Assembly (NCBI GenBank): GCA_035283365.1
Contig: DATETY010000069.1
Location: 21,432 to 85,431, forward strand
Direction of reading: 5' to 3'
From: Thermoplasmata archaeon
GTDB taxonomy: Archaea; Thermoplasmatota; Thermoplasmata; RBG-16-68-12
Length of the DNA stretch: 64,000 bases
Shown: positions 35,682 to 44,053 of the stretch, one piece after another
Position numbering within the stretch: the stretch's first letter is position 1
How the letters are laid out: the number at the start of each line of letters is the position of its first letter
Notes under the pieces: model-generated
What the model was told of the DNA's origin: nothing
Database searches by the model: none
The model's input: the letters and a program-made list of their open reading frames with translations, nothing else
Position numbers and translations under genes: made by a program

Positions 35682-36347
35682 ATGGACGGCCGGGGCTTAC
35701 GGGCTCCGACCCGGGAAGGGACTCGCGTGGCTCATCAGCTGGACGTGTGGCGAGGTCGGTTCGGCCGGGAGTACACGGACCGCAACGTGGTGGCATGGCG
35801 ATCCCGCGTTCCGGCCTTCCGAGAGGCCTTGGCCGGCCTGTCGATCCGACGTGTGCTCGAGGTGGGCTGCAACCGCGCGCACAACCTGGTCGCCCTCGCG
35901 GAGCTCCTCGGAGTGGACGCGCAGATCGTCGGGATCGAACCGAACCGGTACGCGCTCGAACGAGGACGCGCCGCCCAACCGAGGGCGGCGATCCTTCAAG
36001 GCGCCGTGTTCGACCTGCCCTTCCACGATCGAGCGTTCGACCTCGTGTTCACCGCGGGGGTGCTCATCCATGTCCCGCTCGAGAGTCTCCCGCAGGCCCT
36101 GGCCGAGATGCACCGCGTCTCTCGGCGGTACCTCCTGGCCGTCGAATACTTCGGCGAACAGGAAACCCCGGTCCCGTACCGCGGCGAGGAGGGCCTCCTA
36201 TGGCGGCGGGATTTCCCGACGCATTTCCGATCCCAGTTCCCGGACCTGGGCCTCGTGCGATCCGGCTTCTGGGACCAGGCCTTGGGGTTCGACCGGACCA
36301 CATGGTGGCTGTTCGAGAAGGCAGCGGGCCGAAAGGGACGCGGCTAA
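35682..36347 (+). CDS. class I SAM methyltransferase (pseudaminic-acid-cluster-associated methylase type, from memory)
   Basis: ATG 35682 (alternative GTG 35727) lies inside track ORF 35622..36347. Motif I is VLEVGCNRAHNL. Its 3' end overlaps the convergent 616-aa gene by 4 nt. Confidence 0.7.
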   Translation: MDGRGLRAPTREGTRVAHQLDVWRGRFGREYTDRNVVAWRSRVPAFREALAGLSIRRVLEVGCNRAHNLVALAELLGVDAQIVGIEPNRYALERGRAAQPRAAILQGAVFDLPFHDRAFDLVFTAGVLIHVPLESLPQALAEMHRVSRRYLLAVEYFGEQETPVPYRGEEGLLWRRDFPTHFRSQFPDLGLVRSGFWDQALGFDRTTWWLFEKAAGRKGRG

Positions 36348-38194
36348 CCTCCGATCCGCCGGAGAAGTTCGTCTGCAAGCCTCCTCGCGCTGCCCGTGCC
36401 CCCTCCGTACGCGAATTGTGTGAGGAACGCGTGCCGCGTTTCCTCGAGGGACCGACGCGTCGCGGGATCGCCGAGCACGGCTCGCACGGCCCGGCGCAGG
36501 TCGTCCTTGGACTCCGCGACCATCGCGCCGCCCGCGTCGGCGAACGGGACCGGCGGGCTCGTCCTCCAGGGGTTGTACACGATCGACGGGCAGCCGGACA
36601 CGGCCGCTTCCACGACCGTGGTCGAGAATCCCGTGACGAGCGCGCCTGCGGATCGAAGGAGCCGCATCAAGTCGATGTCGTCGACCACGCGGGTCTTTGC
36701 GGCCCGCGTTCGGACGAAATCGGCGTAGAAGCGCGTGTCCTCGAGCGGATGGGGCTTGATGACGAGGTCCCCGAGGTCGCGACACGCCTCGACGACGTCC
36801 GTGATCCACACCTCGCGATCGAAAGGATGGGTCGCCACGACGATCCGTCGGGGATCCCGTCCAACGGGATCCGAGACCCGGTCATCGCCGGCCTCGTACC
36901 TCATCTGGCCCGTCACGACGAGGGAGTCCCTCGGGTATGCGCCGACTTCCAACAGGACCCGCCGGTAGTACTCCCCATCGAGGGCCGTCAGGTCCGGATT
37001 GGGGCAACTCCAGGGGAGCCCGCGATCCATCGAAACGGGGTCGTTGATGTACTCGATGTGCTGGGGAGTGATGAGGCCGTGCTGCACGCCAACGGACGGG
37101 ACCGAGCCGCGGCGACAGGCGGCCACAACGGCTCGACCTGCGTAGCCCGTCTCGTTCGTGACGACCACCAGGCGCGGACGCATCGCGTCGAGCAGCTCCT
37201 CGAACGCGGCCAGGTAGTACACCCCGGTCGGCGCGTGCCGACGGACCGCGTCTCCGAGTCGTGCGCGGAGAGTCCGCGGCAGGGGAGTCCCGCGCCACGC
37301 CATCGCCTCGAGGGCGCGAGGTGCGATCCGTTCCCACGACTCGACGAGGCCCCGGTACGCGCGGGCGAGTTCGCCGGCCGGCCGGTCGCTGATCGCCTGC
37401 TCGAGCAGGAACCCCCCGTCCGGGAGGGACGGGCTCATGGGCCGCAGCGAGGGGTTCGAGTCCGCGGCCGTGTTCACGTAACAGAGGGCGTGCGGCACCC
37501 CGCGGCGGTTCAGTTCCTCGTGCAACGGGCCCAGATAGACGTCGTGGCGAGCCTCGCCGACCCGCCGGAGCGCGTTCAAATGGCTCACGAGGAGGATCGG
37601 CCCCTGCCCTCCCCGCACGCGCGGGCCGAGCTTCCGACGCCGGAGGAGGACCCACCGGATCGCCAGGGGTCGTACCGCGTCCGTGAGCCAGCTCGCGGTC
37701 GGGCCAGGGGTCGGCCCCGACACCTCGAGGCCGAAATGGCTGGCCACGTCGCGCACGAGGAGGCTCGCCATCGGTCGGATGTCCGAGGTGAAGACGACGC
37801 GGTCGAAAGTGGTCGATTCCATGATGACCTTCAGCGCCTCGCAGGCCTCAAGTAGCTTCGACATGGGCGGGGACGTCGGGTCCGCGGGCCGGCCGAACCA
37901 GATGGGGGACTCGAGCCACCACCAGAGCGACACGGAACGATGCTCGAGGTGTTCCGCGAGGTTCCGCTCGCCGACTGCCGTCCGGGGGATCTGCTTCAGC
38001 CAGGAGATGCCATGATGGACGATCTGGTCCCTCACTTCCGGGCTCAACAGGTCCGACGCGGTCTTCGCCGTCCGGGACGGCGGACGGTCTGTCCCGCCGA
38101 GCTCGAGGTGCAGGGCCGGGGCGAGCCGGCGGACCATATGGAGGACGCGATCCGACCGCGCATGGGTGTACGACACGAGGAGGACGCGCGCCAT
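36344..38194 (-). CDS. unassigned 616-aa protein with GT-B-like C-terminal half (candidate sugar/nonulosonate transferase)
   Basis: Clean non-repetitive ORF. The C-terminal part (VVVTNETGYAGRAVV...VGVQHG...IKPHP...GALVTGFSTTVVEAAVSGCPSIVYNP) looks like a Rossmann-type GT-B or capsule-synthesis fold. I recognised no motif in the N-terminal ~300 aa. Confidence 0.6.
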   Translation of the reverse strand: MARVLLVSYTHARSDRVLHMVRRLAPALHLELGGTDRPPSRTAKTASDLLSPEVRDQIVHHGISWLKQIPRTAVGERNLAEHLEHRSVSLWWWLESPIWFGRPADPTSPPMSKLLEACEALKVIMESTTFDRVVFTSDIRPMASLLVRDVASHFGLEVSGPTPGPTASWLTDAVRPLAIRWVLLRRRKLGPRVRGGQGPILLVSHLNALRRVGEARHDVYLGPLHEELNRRGVPHALCYVNTAADSNPSLRPMSPSLPDGGFLLEQAISDRPAGELARAYRGLVESWERIAPRALEAMAWRGTPLPRTLRARLGDAVRRHAPTGVYYLAAFEELLDAMRPRLVVVTNETGYAGRAVVAACRRGSVPSVGVQHGLITPQHIEYINDPVSMDRGLPWSCPNPDLTALDGEYYRRVLLEVGAYPRDSLVVTGQMRYEAGDDRVSDPVGRDPRRIVVATHPFDREVWITDVVEACRDLGDLVIKPHPLEDTRFYADFVRTRAAKTRVVDDIDLMRLLRSAGALVTGFSTTVVEAAVSGCPSIVYNPWRTSPPVPFADAGGAMVAESKDDLRRAVRAVLGDPATRRSLEETRHAFLTQFAYGGGTGSARRLADELLRRIGG

Positions 38195-38202
38195 TCCTCA
38201 CC

Positions 38203-40083
38203 CTACAGCTGGACCCTCGTCCAGTCGCCGAGGTTCTCGAGGTAAATCCGGTGCCACAGTTCGAAGGCGAGCAAGGACCACAGGAGCCAGGAGTTGTCGA
38301 CGCGACGATGCTGGGCGATCTTTCGCGCCACGTACCCCGGTGCGAAATACCTCGACGTCGCGGACTCGTTTGCCGTGAGGAGGGACTCCGTCACTTCCTT
38401 CAGCTCCCCGCGGAACCAGTCCCGCTCGGGCGCGGAGAAGCCCGCCTTGGTGCGGGTGAGTACCCGCTCGGGGAGCAGGTCCTTCACCGCACGCTTGAGC
38501 AGATGCTTCTTTTCTCCGTCCCGGATCTTGTACGACTCCGGGATGGTCGCGGCGAACTCCACGATCCTGTAGTCGAGGAGCGGGACGCGGTTCTCGATCG
38601 AGGCAGCCATGTTCATCTTGTCCTGCGTGACCAGGAGGCCGACGAGGTACGTCTTCTGCATCACATAGAGGACGCGGTTCAGCGGTTCCGAAGTGGGCGC
38701 CTTCGCGAAGAAGGCCACGATCTCCTCATCGCCCCGTACGGGATCGATCGCCCTCCGCAGGGAAGGGCCGTACAGGCGATCGCGCACCCCCGCCTTCACA
38801 CCCGTCGTCTCGATCACGTACGAGACGTCCGCGGGCGCGAACCGGTGGAGGAGTTCGGATCGTCGCCGCATCGGCACGGGGATCAAGTTGATCGAACGGG
38901 ACAGCCAGTCCTCCGTGAACCATCGGCTCTCGGACCGCGTGCGTCCCGAAGAGCCCCGGAGCCCATGGAGGATCTCGTACCCCGCGAACAGCTCATCCCC
39001 TCCGTGACCGCACAGGGCCACCTTGACGTACTTCTTCGCGATCTCCGAGATGAGATACTGGGCGATCCCCGTCGAGTGGATGAGCGGTTCATCGAAGTGC
39101 CAGGTCATCCGCACGATGTTCTCGATGATGTCCTTCGAGCTGAACATGGACTCGTGGTGATCCGTGCCCCACTTCTCCGCGACGGCCCGCGCGTAGGGAA
39201 GTTCGTTGAACGACGCCTCGTCGAAGCCTACGCTGAACGTCCGTACCCTCTCCTCGCCGACGGTCGCGGCGAGCCCTGTCACCGTCGACGAGTCAATCCC
39301 GCCGCTCAGGAATACGCCGATCGGAACGTCCGCGATGAGCCTGCGCCGGGTCGCGTCTTCCAGGAGGGCCCTGAGGCGGCGCGCGGCGGCCACGGGATCG
39401 ATGGGCGCCGGAGCCTGCCGGATATCCCACCACTCCTCGACCGTGACGTCGCCGGCCCGCCAGAAGAGCCGGTGGCCCGCCCGCAGCTGCCGCACTCCCC
39501 GAAACAGGGTGCGGTCCCCGTAGTGCATCCGGAACGCGAGGTACGACGGGATCGCGAGGGGGTCGATCTCGGGAGGTCCGTCGAGGACCGGGAGGATCGA
39601 CTTGATTTCGGAGCCGAAAGCGAGGGAGCCGTCCGGCGCCGCGTAGTAGATCGGCTTGACGCCGAGCCGATCCCGCGCGAGGAAGAGTTCCTTCCGCGCC
39701 GCGTCCCAGATCGCGAACGCCCACATTCCATTGAGCCGGTCGAGCATCGCGGGCCCCTCCATCTCGTACAGGTGGACGAGGACCTCCGTGTCCGAGTTCG
39801 TATAGTACCGGTGCCCCGCGGCTTCCGTCTCTCGACGGAGCTCACGGTAGTTGAAAATCTCCCCGTTGAACGTGATCCAAAGGTCCTCGTCCTCGTCGTG
39901 GATCGGCTGGTGCCCGCCCGGCAGGTCGATGATGCTCAGCCGCCGGTTCGCGAGCCCGACGTGGTCCGAGACGTAGTAGCCCTCGTCGTCCGGACCGCGA
40001 TGGGACACGGACTCCGCCATCCGGCGGAGTCGCCCCGCGTCGATCCCCTTCTCCGTCGATACGACCCCGCAGATTCCGCACAC
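38203..40083 (-). CDS. asparagine synthase (glutamine-hydrolysing)-like amidotransferase, copy 2
   Basis: 626 aa, GTG start, MCGICG nucleophile, PP-loop LSGGIDSS. Confidence 0.9.
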   Translation of the reverse strand: MCGICGVVSTEKGIDAGRLRRMAESVSHRGPDDEGYYVSDHVGLANRRLSIIDLPGGHQPIHDEDEDLWITFNGEIFNYRELRRETEAAGHRYYTNSDTEVLVHLYEMEGPAMLDRLNGMWAFAIWDAARKELFLARDRLGVKPIYYAAPDGSLAFGSEIKSILPVLDGPPEIDPLAIPSYLAFRMHYGDRTLFRGVRQLRAGHRLFWRAGDVTVEEWWDIRQAPAPIDPVAAARRLRALLEDATRRRLIADVPIGVFLSGGIDSSTVTGLAATVGEERVRTFSVGFDEASFNELPYARAVAEKWGTDHHESMFSSKDIIENIVRMTWHFDEPLIHSTGIAQYLISEIAKKYVKVALCGHGGDELFAGYEILHGLRGSSGRTRSESRWFTEDWLSRSINLIPVPMRRRSELLHRFAPADVSYVIETTGVKAGVRDRLYGPSLRRAIDPVRGDEEIVAFFAKAPTSEPLNRVLYVMQKTYLVGLLVTQDKMNMAASIENRVPLLDYRIVEFAATIPESYKIRDGEKKHLLKRAVKDLLPERVLTRTKAGFSAPERDWFRGELKEVTESLLTANESATSRYFAPGYVARKIAQHRRVDNSWLLWSLLAFELWHRIYLENLGDWTRVQL

Positions 40084-40342
40084 GCTTCGTTCACCGTGGA
40101 GACGGCGGGCCGGGCCGCCCGGGAAGCCGGTCGAACTCGCCCCGGATGAGGATCACGCCGGCGAACCCGTCCCGGCAAGGCGACGGCACATCCGGGTAAA
40201 TCTTCTTTCCGTCGAGTCTCTAGCCGCCGGGACCGTCTCGATCGGCGAAGCGTTGGACCGGGTGGTCGTCGCGCGCCCGCGTGTAGAGATTCAGCGACGG
40301 AGGGACGCGTTTGTCAACCCGGAACGCCAGGCCCCGGTACAC

Positions 40343-40349
40343 TTTTATA
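40343..40349 (+). promoter_or_regulatory. TATA box ~115 nt upstream of smc
   Basis: TTTTATA is the only strong TATA in the 373-nt asnB2-smc spacer. Its predicted TSS falls at the 40373-40392 hairpin. Confidence 0.4.
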
Positions 40350-40372
40350 GCCAACATGACCTTGCCGCCAAT

Positions 40373-40392
40373 CGTCCGACGCTGGTCGGACG
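40373..40392. repeat. perfect 8-bp stem / 4-nt loop hairpin
   Basis: CGTCCGAC-gctg-GTCGGACG, read directly. Confidence 0.7.
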
Positions 40393-40465
40393 TCAGAAGG
40401 ATATAGATGGGATGGGTAGTCGCGACACCCCTCAGAGCTGACCTTCCCCCGATCAGGTGAGGACC

Positions 40466-43400
40466 GTGTTTCTCAAAGAGATCCAGATGGAGAACTTCAA
40501 GTCATTCGGGCGAAAGATCTCGGTTCCGTTCCTCCAAGGCTACACGACGATCACGGGACCGAATGGCTCCGGGAAGAGCAACATCTCGGACGCAATCCTG
40601 TTCGTCCTCGGGCCGAAGAGCTCGAAGGCGATCCGCGCGGGGAAGCTCACGGACCTCGTGTGGAACGGCGGGAAGGACCGCAAGGGGTCCGACTACACGC
40701 AGGTCAGTCTCGTCTTCGACAACTCGGACCGGGGGCTCCCTGTCGAGGCCGATGAGGTCAAGCTCACGCGGTACGTCGGCCTGAGCGCAAGCGTCGAGGG
40801 CGGGTACAACTCGTACTTCTACATCAACGACCGGAAGTCCTCCCTGGCGGAGTTCGACCAGCTCCTCGCCCACGGCCGGATCAGCGCGGAGGGCTACAAC
40901 CTGGTCCAGCAGGGGGACGTCCAGAAGATCGTCTCGATGTCCTCCGTGGACCGCCGCCGGATCCTGGACAACATCGCGGGGATCACGAAGTTCGACGACG
41001 ACATCCACCAGGCCGAGGGGAAGCGGAAGGAGACGGAGGAGAACCTCGAGCGCATCCGAATCATCCTCGAGGAGATCGAGAAGCAGCTCAAGCAGCTCGA
41101 GGCGGACCGGGAAGGAGCCCTCAGGTACAAGGAGCTCAACGAGCGCCTCTCGACCGCGCGGGCCCAGCTCGCGTACAAGAACCGCGAGTTGATCGAGAGC
41201 CAGATCGTCGGAACGAAGGAGGCCATCGCGAAGCACGAAGCGGACCGGGCGAAGCTCCTCGCGCAGCGGGACGAACTGAGGACGCGGCTCGAGGCCGCCC
41301 AGACGCGTCTCGGGGAGCTCGAGGTCGAGATGGCGGAGCGCGGGGGCGAGGAGGCGAAACAGACGAAGCAGAAGCTCGACGCCCTGCGCATCGAGCGGGC
41401 GCGCGCGACGGACGGGATCGAGACGTCCAAGGAGACCCTCAAGCAGCTGCGGCTCGACGCGGGCGAGGCGTCGAAGGAGCAGGGGAAGGTCCTCAAAGAG
41501 GTCGACGCGCTCGGGCGGGAGCGGACGAACCTCGAAGCCCGCATCGCGGAGCTCGACTCGGCCCTCAAGGAGGCCGACGAAAACCTGAAGGAAGTCGACC
41601 AGCTCGCGTCGAAGAGCGACGCGAAAGTTCTCACGATCCAGAAGGAGATCATCGCCCTGAACAAGAAGGCGGACGAGCTCGAGGACCGGCTCAAAGCCCT
41701 CGTGCTCGAGGGGGACCGGACGAAGGAGTCGATGGTCCGGCTCGAATCGGAGATCGCGCAGCTCGAGGAGTCCCGCAAGACGTACCAGGTCGAGTTCGAC
41801 GACGCGGACTGGCAGCTCAAGGAACTCAAGTCGTCCACGAAGGAGACGGGGAAGAGCCTCCAGAAGCTCCAGCAGGAGTTCTACGGGCGCCGCCGGGAGG
41901 AGGCCGAGCTGTCGAAGCAGCAGACGGAGCTCCAGCAGGCCCTCCTCACGCTGACCCGGCAGTACGCGCAGCTCAAAGCGGAGGCCGACGTCGCGGAGAA
42001 CATGCGGAAGGGCTACTCGACCGCGGTGTCCGCGATCCTCGAGGCCCGCGAGACGGGGACCCTCAAGGGGGTCCACGGGACGGTGGCCCAGCTCGCCCAT
42101 GTGGAGACCCAGTACGAGACCGCGATCATCACGGCCGCGGGGTCGCGGATGCAGGCGATCATCGTGGACGACGACGGGGTCGCGGCGGGGTGCATCGACT
42201 ACCTGAAGAAGCGCCGGATCGGGCGCGCGACATTCCTCCCTCTCAACAAGATGCTCGTCGGGAAGCCGCGAGGCAAGGCGATCCTCGTAGCGAAGGAGTG
42301 CCTCGGCTTCGCGATCGACCTGTGCCACTTCGACGAGAAGTACCGGGACGCGTTCTTCTACGTGTTCGGAGACACCCTCGTCGTGAAGACCCTCGACGAG
42401 GCCCGCAAGTGGATGGGCGGGGTGCGCCTCGTGACCGTCGAGGGCGAGCTCATCGAGGCGAGCGGGGCGATGGTCGGCGGGGACATGGAGAGGACCCAGC
42501 TCAAGTTCGGATCGTCGTCCGCGAGTGAGCTCGAGAAAGTCGCGGAGAAGCTCCGCGAGGTCCAGGCCCAGTCCGAGACGGTCGCGTCCCGGCTCGAGGA
42601 CGTGCGCCGGGACATCCTCGACCTCGAGGGTCAGCTCAAGGACCACGGGAGCCAGACGGGCGCGGTCGACGTGAGGACGAGCGCGCTCGAGGCCAAGCGG
42701 AAAGACTTCCAGGCGAAGCTGGCCGCGAACGGGAAGGACCTCGAGGATCGCAAGAGGCGGTTCGAGGAGGCCCAGACGACCGCGGAGCGCCTCCAGGAGG
42801 ACCTCGCGAAGTTCACGAAGGGACTCGACGAAGTGCGGAAGAAGCGGGACGAGCGCAAGAAGGCGGTCATCGACGCGACGCCCCAGCAGATCGCGACCCG
42901 GATGAAGGAGCTCATGGCCCGGCGCGCCACCGTCGCGGAGGAGATCACGGGACACCGGTCCAAGATCGAGGCGATGGCGGACCAGCTCCGGATCCTCGAG
43001 GACCGGCGGACCGAACTCGAGACCCGAACGGGCTCCCTCGACGCCCAGAGGAAGGAGCACGAGAAACGCATCGACGGATTCGAGTCGGCCCTGGGCCGCC
43101 TCGAGAACGAGATCCGCGGCCTCGAGAAGATGGAGATGCAGCTCGCGAAGAAAATGAAGGACATCCAGGACGCCCGCGACGCCGCGTACAAGGAGAAGAC
43201 GGACGCCGAGGCGGACCTCGACAAGGCGACCCACAAGATCGAGACGAAGGAGGACTTCCTCCTCAAGATGGAGACGGAGCTCAAGGTCCAGGAGGACCAG
43301 CTCGCGGAGGCGGAACGGGTCATGCAGGAGATGGCCGTCGAGATCAAGCAAGGCAAGCTCCCGTCCCTCGAGGAGCTCAGGCGCACGATCAACGAGTCCG

Positions 43401-44053
43401 AGACCCTGATCGGGGCCCTCGGCCCGATCAACCTACGGGCCCTCGAGGACTACGAGGCCCAGGAGACCCGGCACGGCGAGCTCAAGGAGGAGTTCGCCCG
43501 GCTCGAGGGGCAGCGTCAGGAGCTGATTAACCTCGTCGAAGAACTCACCGAGAAGAAGAAGGGCGGCCTGTCCAAGGTCTTCGACGCGATCAACGAGAAC
43601 TTCAAGCGCGTGTACGCGGAGCTCAGCGAGGGAGGCGAGGCGGAGCTCGTCATCGAAAACCCCGACAAGCCGTTCGATGCGGGGCTCATCGTGAAGGCGA
43701 AGCCGCCCCACAAGAAGGTCTTGCGGCTCGAGGCCCTCTCGGGCGGCGAGAAGTCCCTCGTCTCCATGGCGTTCATCTTCGCGATCCAGGAGTACGACCC
43801 GTCCCCGTTCTATCTCCTCGACGAGATCGACCAGAACCTGGACGCGGTGAACGCGGAGAAGGTCGCCCGGATGATCCGGCGGAACAGCCACACGGCCCAG
43901 TTCGTCCAGATCTCCCTCCGGAAGGCGACCATCAAGGAGGCGGACCACATCGTCGGCGTGACGATGACGCCCGCGTCGATCAGCGAGCTCCTCATGCGCG
44001 TGAACCTCGCGGACATCGAGGACGAGAAGACGGTCGAGGCGGTGACCGCGTGA
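40466..44053 (+). CDS. smc: chromosome segregation protein SMC
   Basis: Walker A GPNGSGKSN, long coiled coils, a hinge (GVHGTVAQL...RATFLPLNKM), signature LSGGEKSL and Walker B FYLLDEIDQNLD. I prefer GTG 40466 (MFLKEIQMENFKSFG) because GGTGAGG lies 4-10 nt upstream. The track start is GTG 40457. Confidence 0.95.
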   Translation: MFLKEIQMENFKSFGRKISVPFLQGYTTITGPNGSGKSNISDAILFVLGPKSSKAIRAGKLTDLVWNGGKDRKGSDYTQVSLVFDNSDRGLPVEADEVKLTRYVGLSASVEGGYNSYFYINDRKSSLAEFDQLLAHGRISAEGYNLVQQGDVQKIVSMSSVDRRRILDNIAGITKFDDDIHQAEGKRKETEENLERIRIILEEIEKQLKQLEADREGALRYKELNERLSTARAQLAYKNRELIESQIVGTKEAIAKHEADRAKLLAQRDELRTRLEAAQTRLGELEVEMAERGGEEAKQTKQKLDALRIERARATDGIETSKETLKQLRLDAGEASKEQGKVLKEVDALGRERTNLEARIAELDSALKEADENLKEVDQLASKSDAKVLTIQKEIIALNKKADELEDRLKALVLEGDRTKESMVRLESEIAQLEESRKTYQVEFDDADWQLKELKSSTKETGKSLQKLQQEFYGRRREEAELSKQQTELQQALLTLTRQYAQLKAEADVAENMRKGYSTAVSAILEARETGTLKGVHGTVAQLAHVETQYETAIITAAGSRMQAIIVDDDGVAAGCIDYLKKRRIGRATFLPLNKMLVGKPRGKAILVAKECLGFAIDLCHFDEKYRDAFFYVFGDTLVVKTLDEARKWMGGVRLVTVEGELIEASGAMVGGDMERTQLKFGSSSASELEKVAEKLREVQAQSETVASRLEDVRRDILDLEGQLKDHGSQTGAVDVRTSALEAKRKDFQAKLAANGKDLEDRKRRFEEAQTTAERLQEDLAKFTKGLDEVRKKRDERKKAVIDATPQQIATRMKELMARRATVAEEITGHRSKIEAMADQLRILEDRRTELETRTGSLDAQRKEHEKRIDGFESALGRLENEIRGLEKMEMQLAKKMKDIQDARDAAYKEKTDAEADLDKATHKIETKEDFLLKMETELKVQEDQLAEAERVMQEMAVEIKQGKLPSLEELRRTINESETLIGALGPINLRALEDYEAQETRHGELKEEFARLEGQRQELINLVEELTEKKKGGLSKVFDAINENFKRVYAELSEGGEAELVIENPDKPFDAGLIVKAKPPHKKVLRLEALSGGEKSLVSMAFIFAIQEYDPSPFYLLDEIDQNLDAVNAEKVARMIRRNSHTAQFVQISLRKATIKEADHIVGVTMTPASISELLMRVNLADIEDEKTVEAVTA

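Noticed and set aside
40091-40357. Possible TAG read-through (pyrrolysine) joining two open segments upstream of asnB2.
   Set aside because: TAG is used as an ordinary stop by clearly complete genes here (12189-12191, 14809-14811, 22243-22245). I see no Pyl machinery or methylamine methyltransferase context in the window. A gene remnant is more likely.
40253-40441. 62-aa plus-strand ORF upstream of smc.
   Set aside because: It has no motif and an Arg-rich composition. It spans the TATA box and hairpin, so I interpret the region as promoter/leader sequence.
40457-40465. Track start GTG 40457 for smc, and similar upstream starts for other genes (62074 for the DUF47 gene, 62753 for PiT, 51808 for hutH, 35647 for pseB, 26934 for GT4).
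   Set aside because: Downstream starts give canonical N-termini (MFLKEIQMENFKSFG, MGIKGW..., MAQELLLAG..., MLSLDG..., MAESVAF..., MRILMVV...). They also avoid Arg-rich extensions or overlap with neighbouring genes. The true starts remain unverified.
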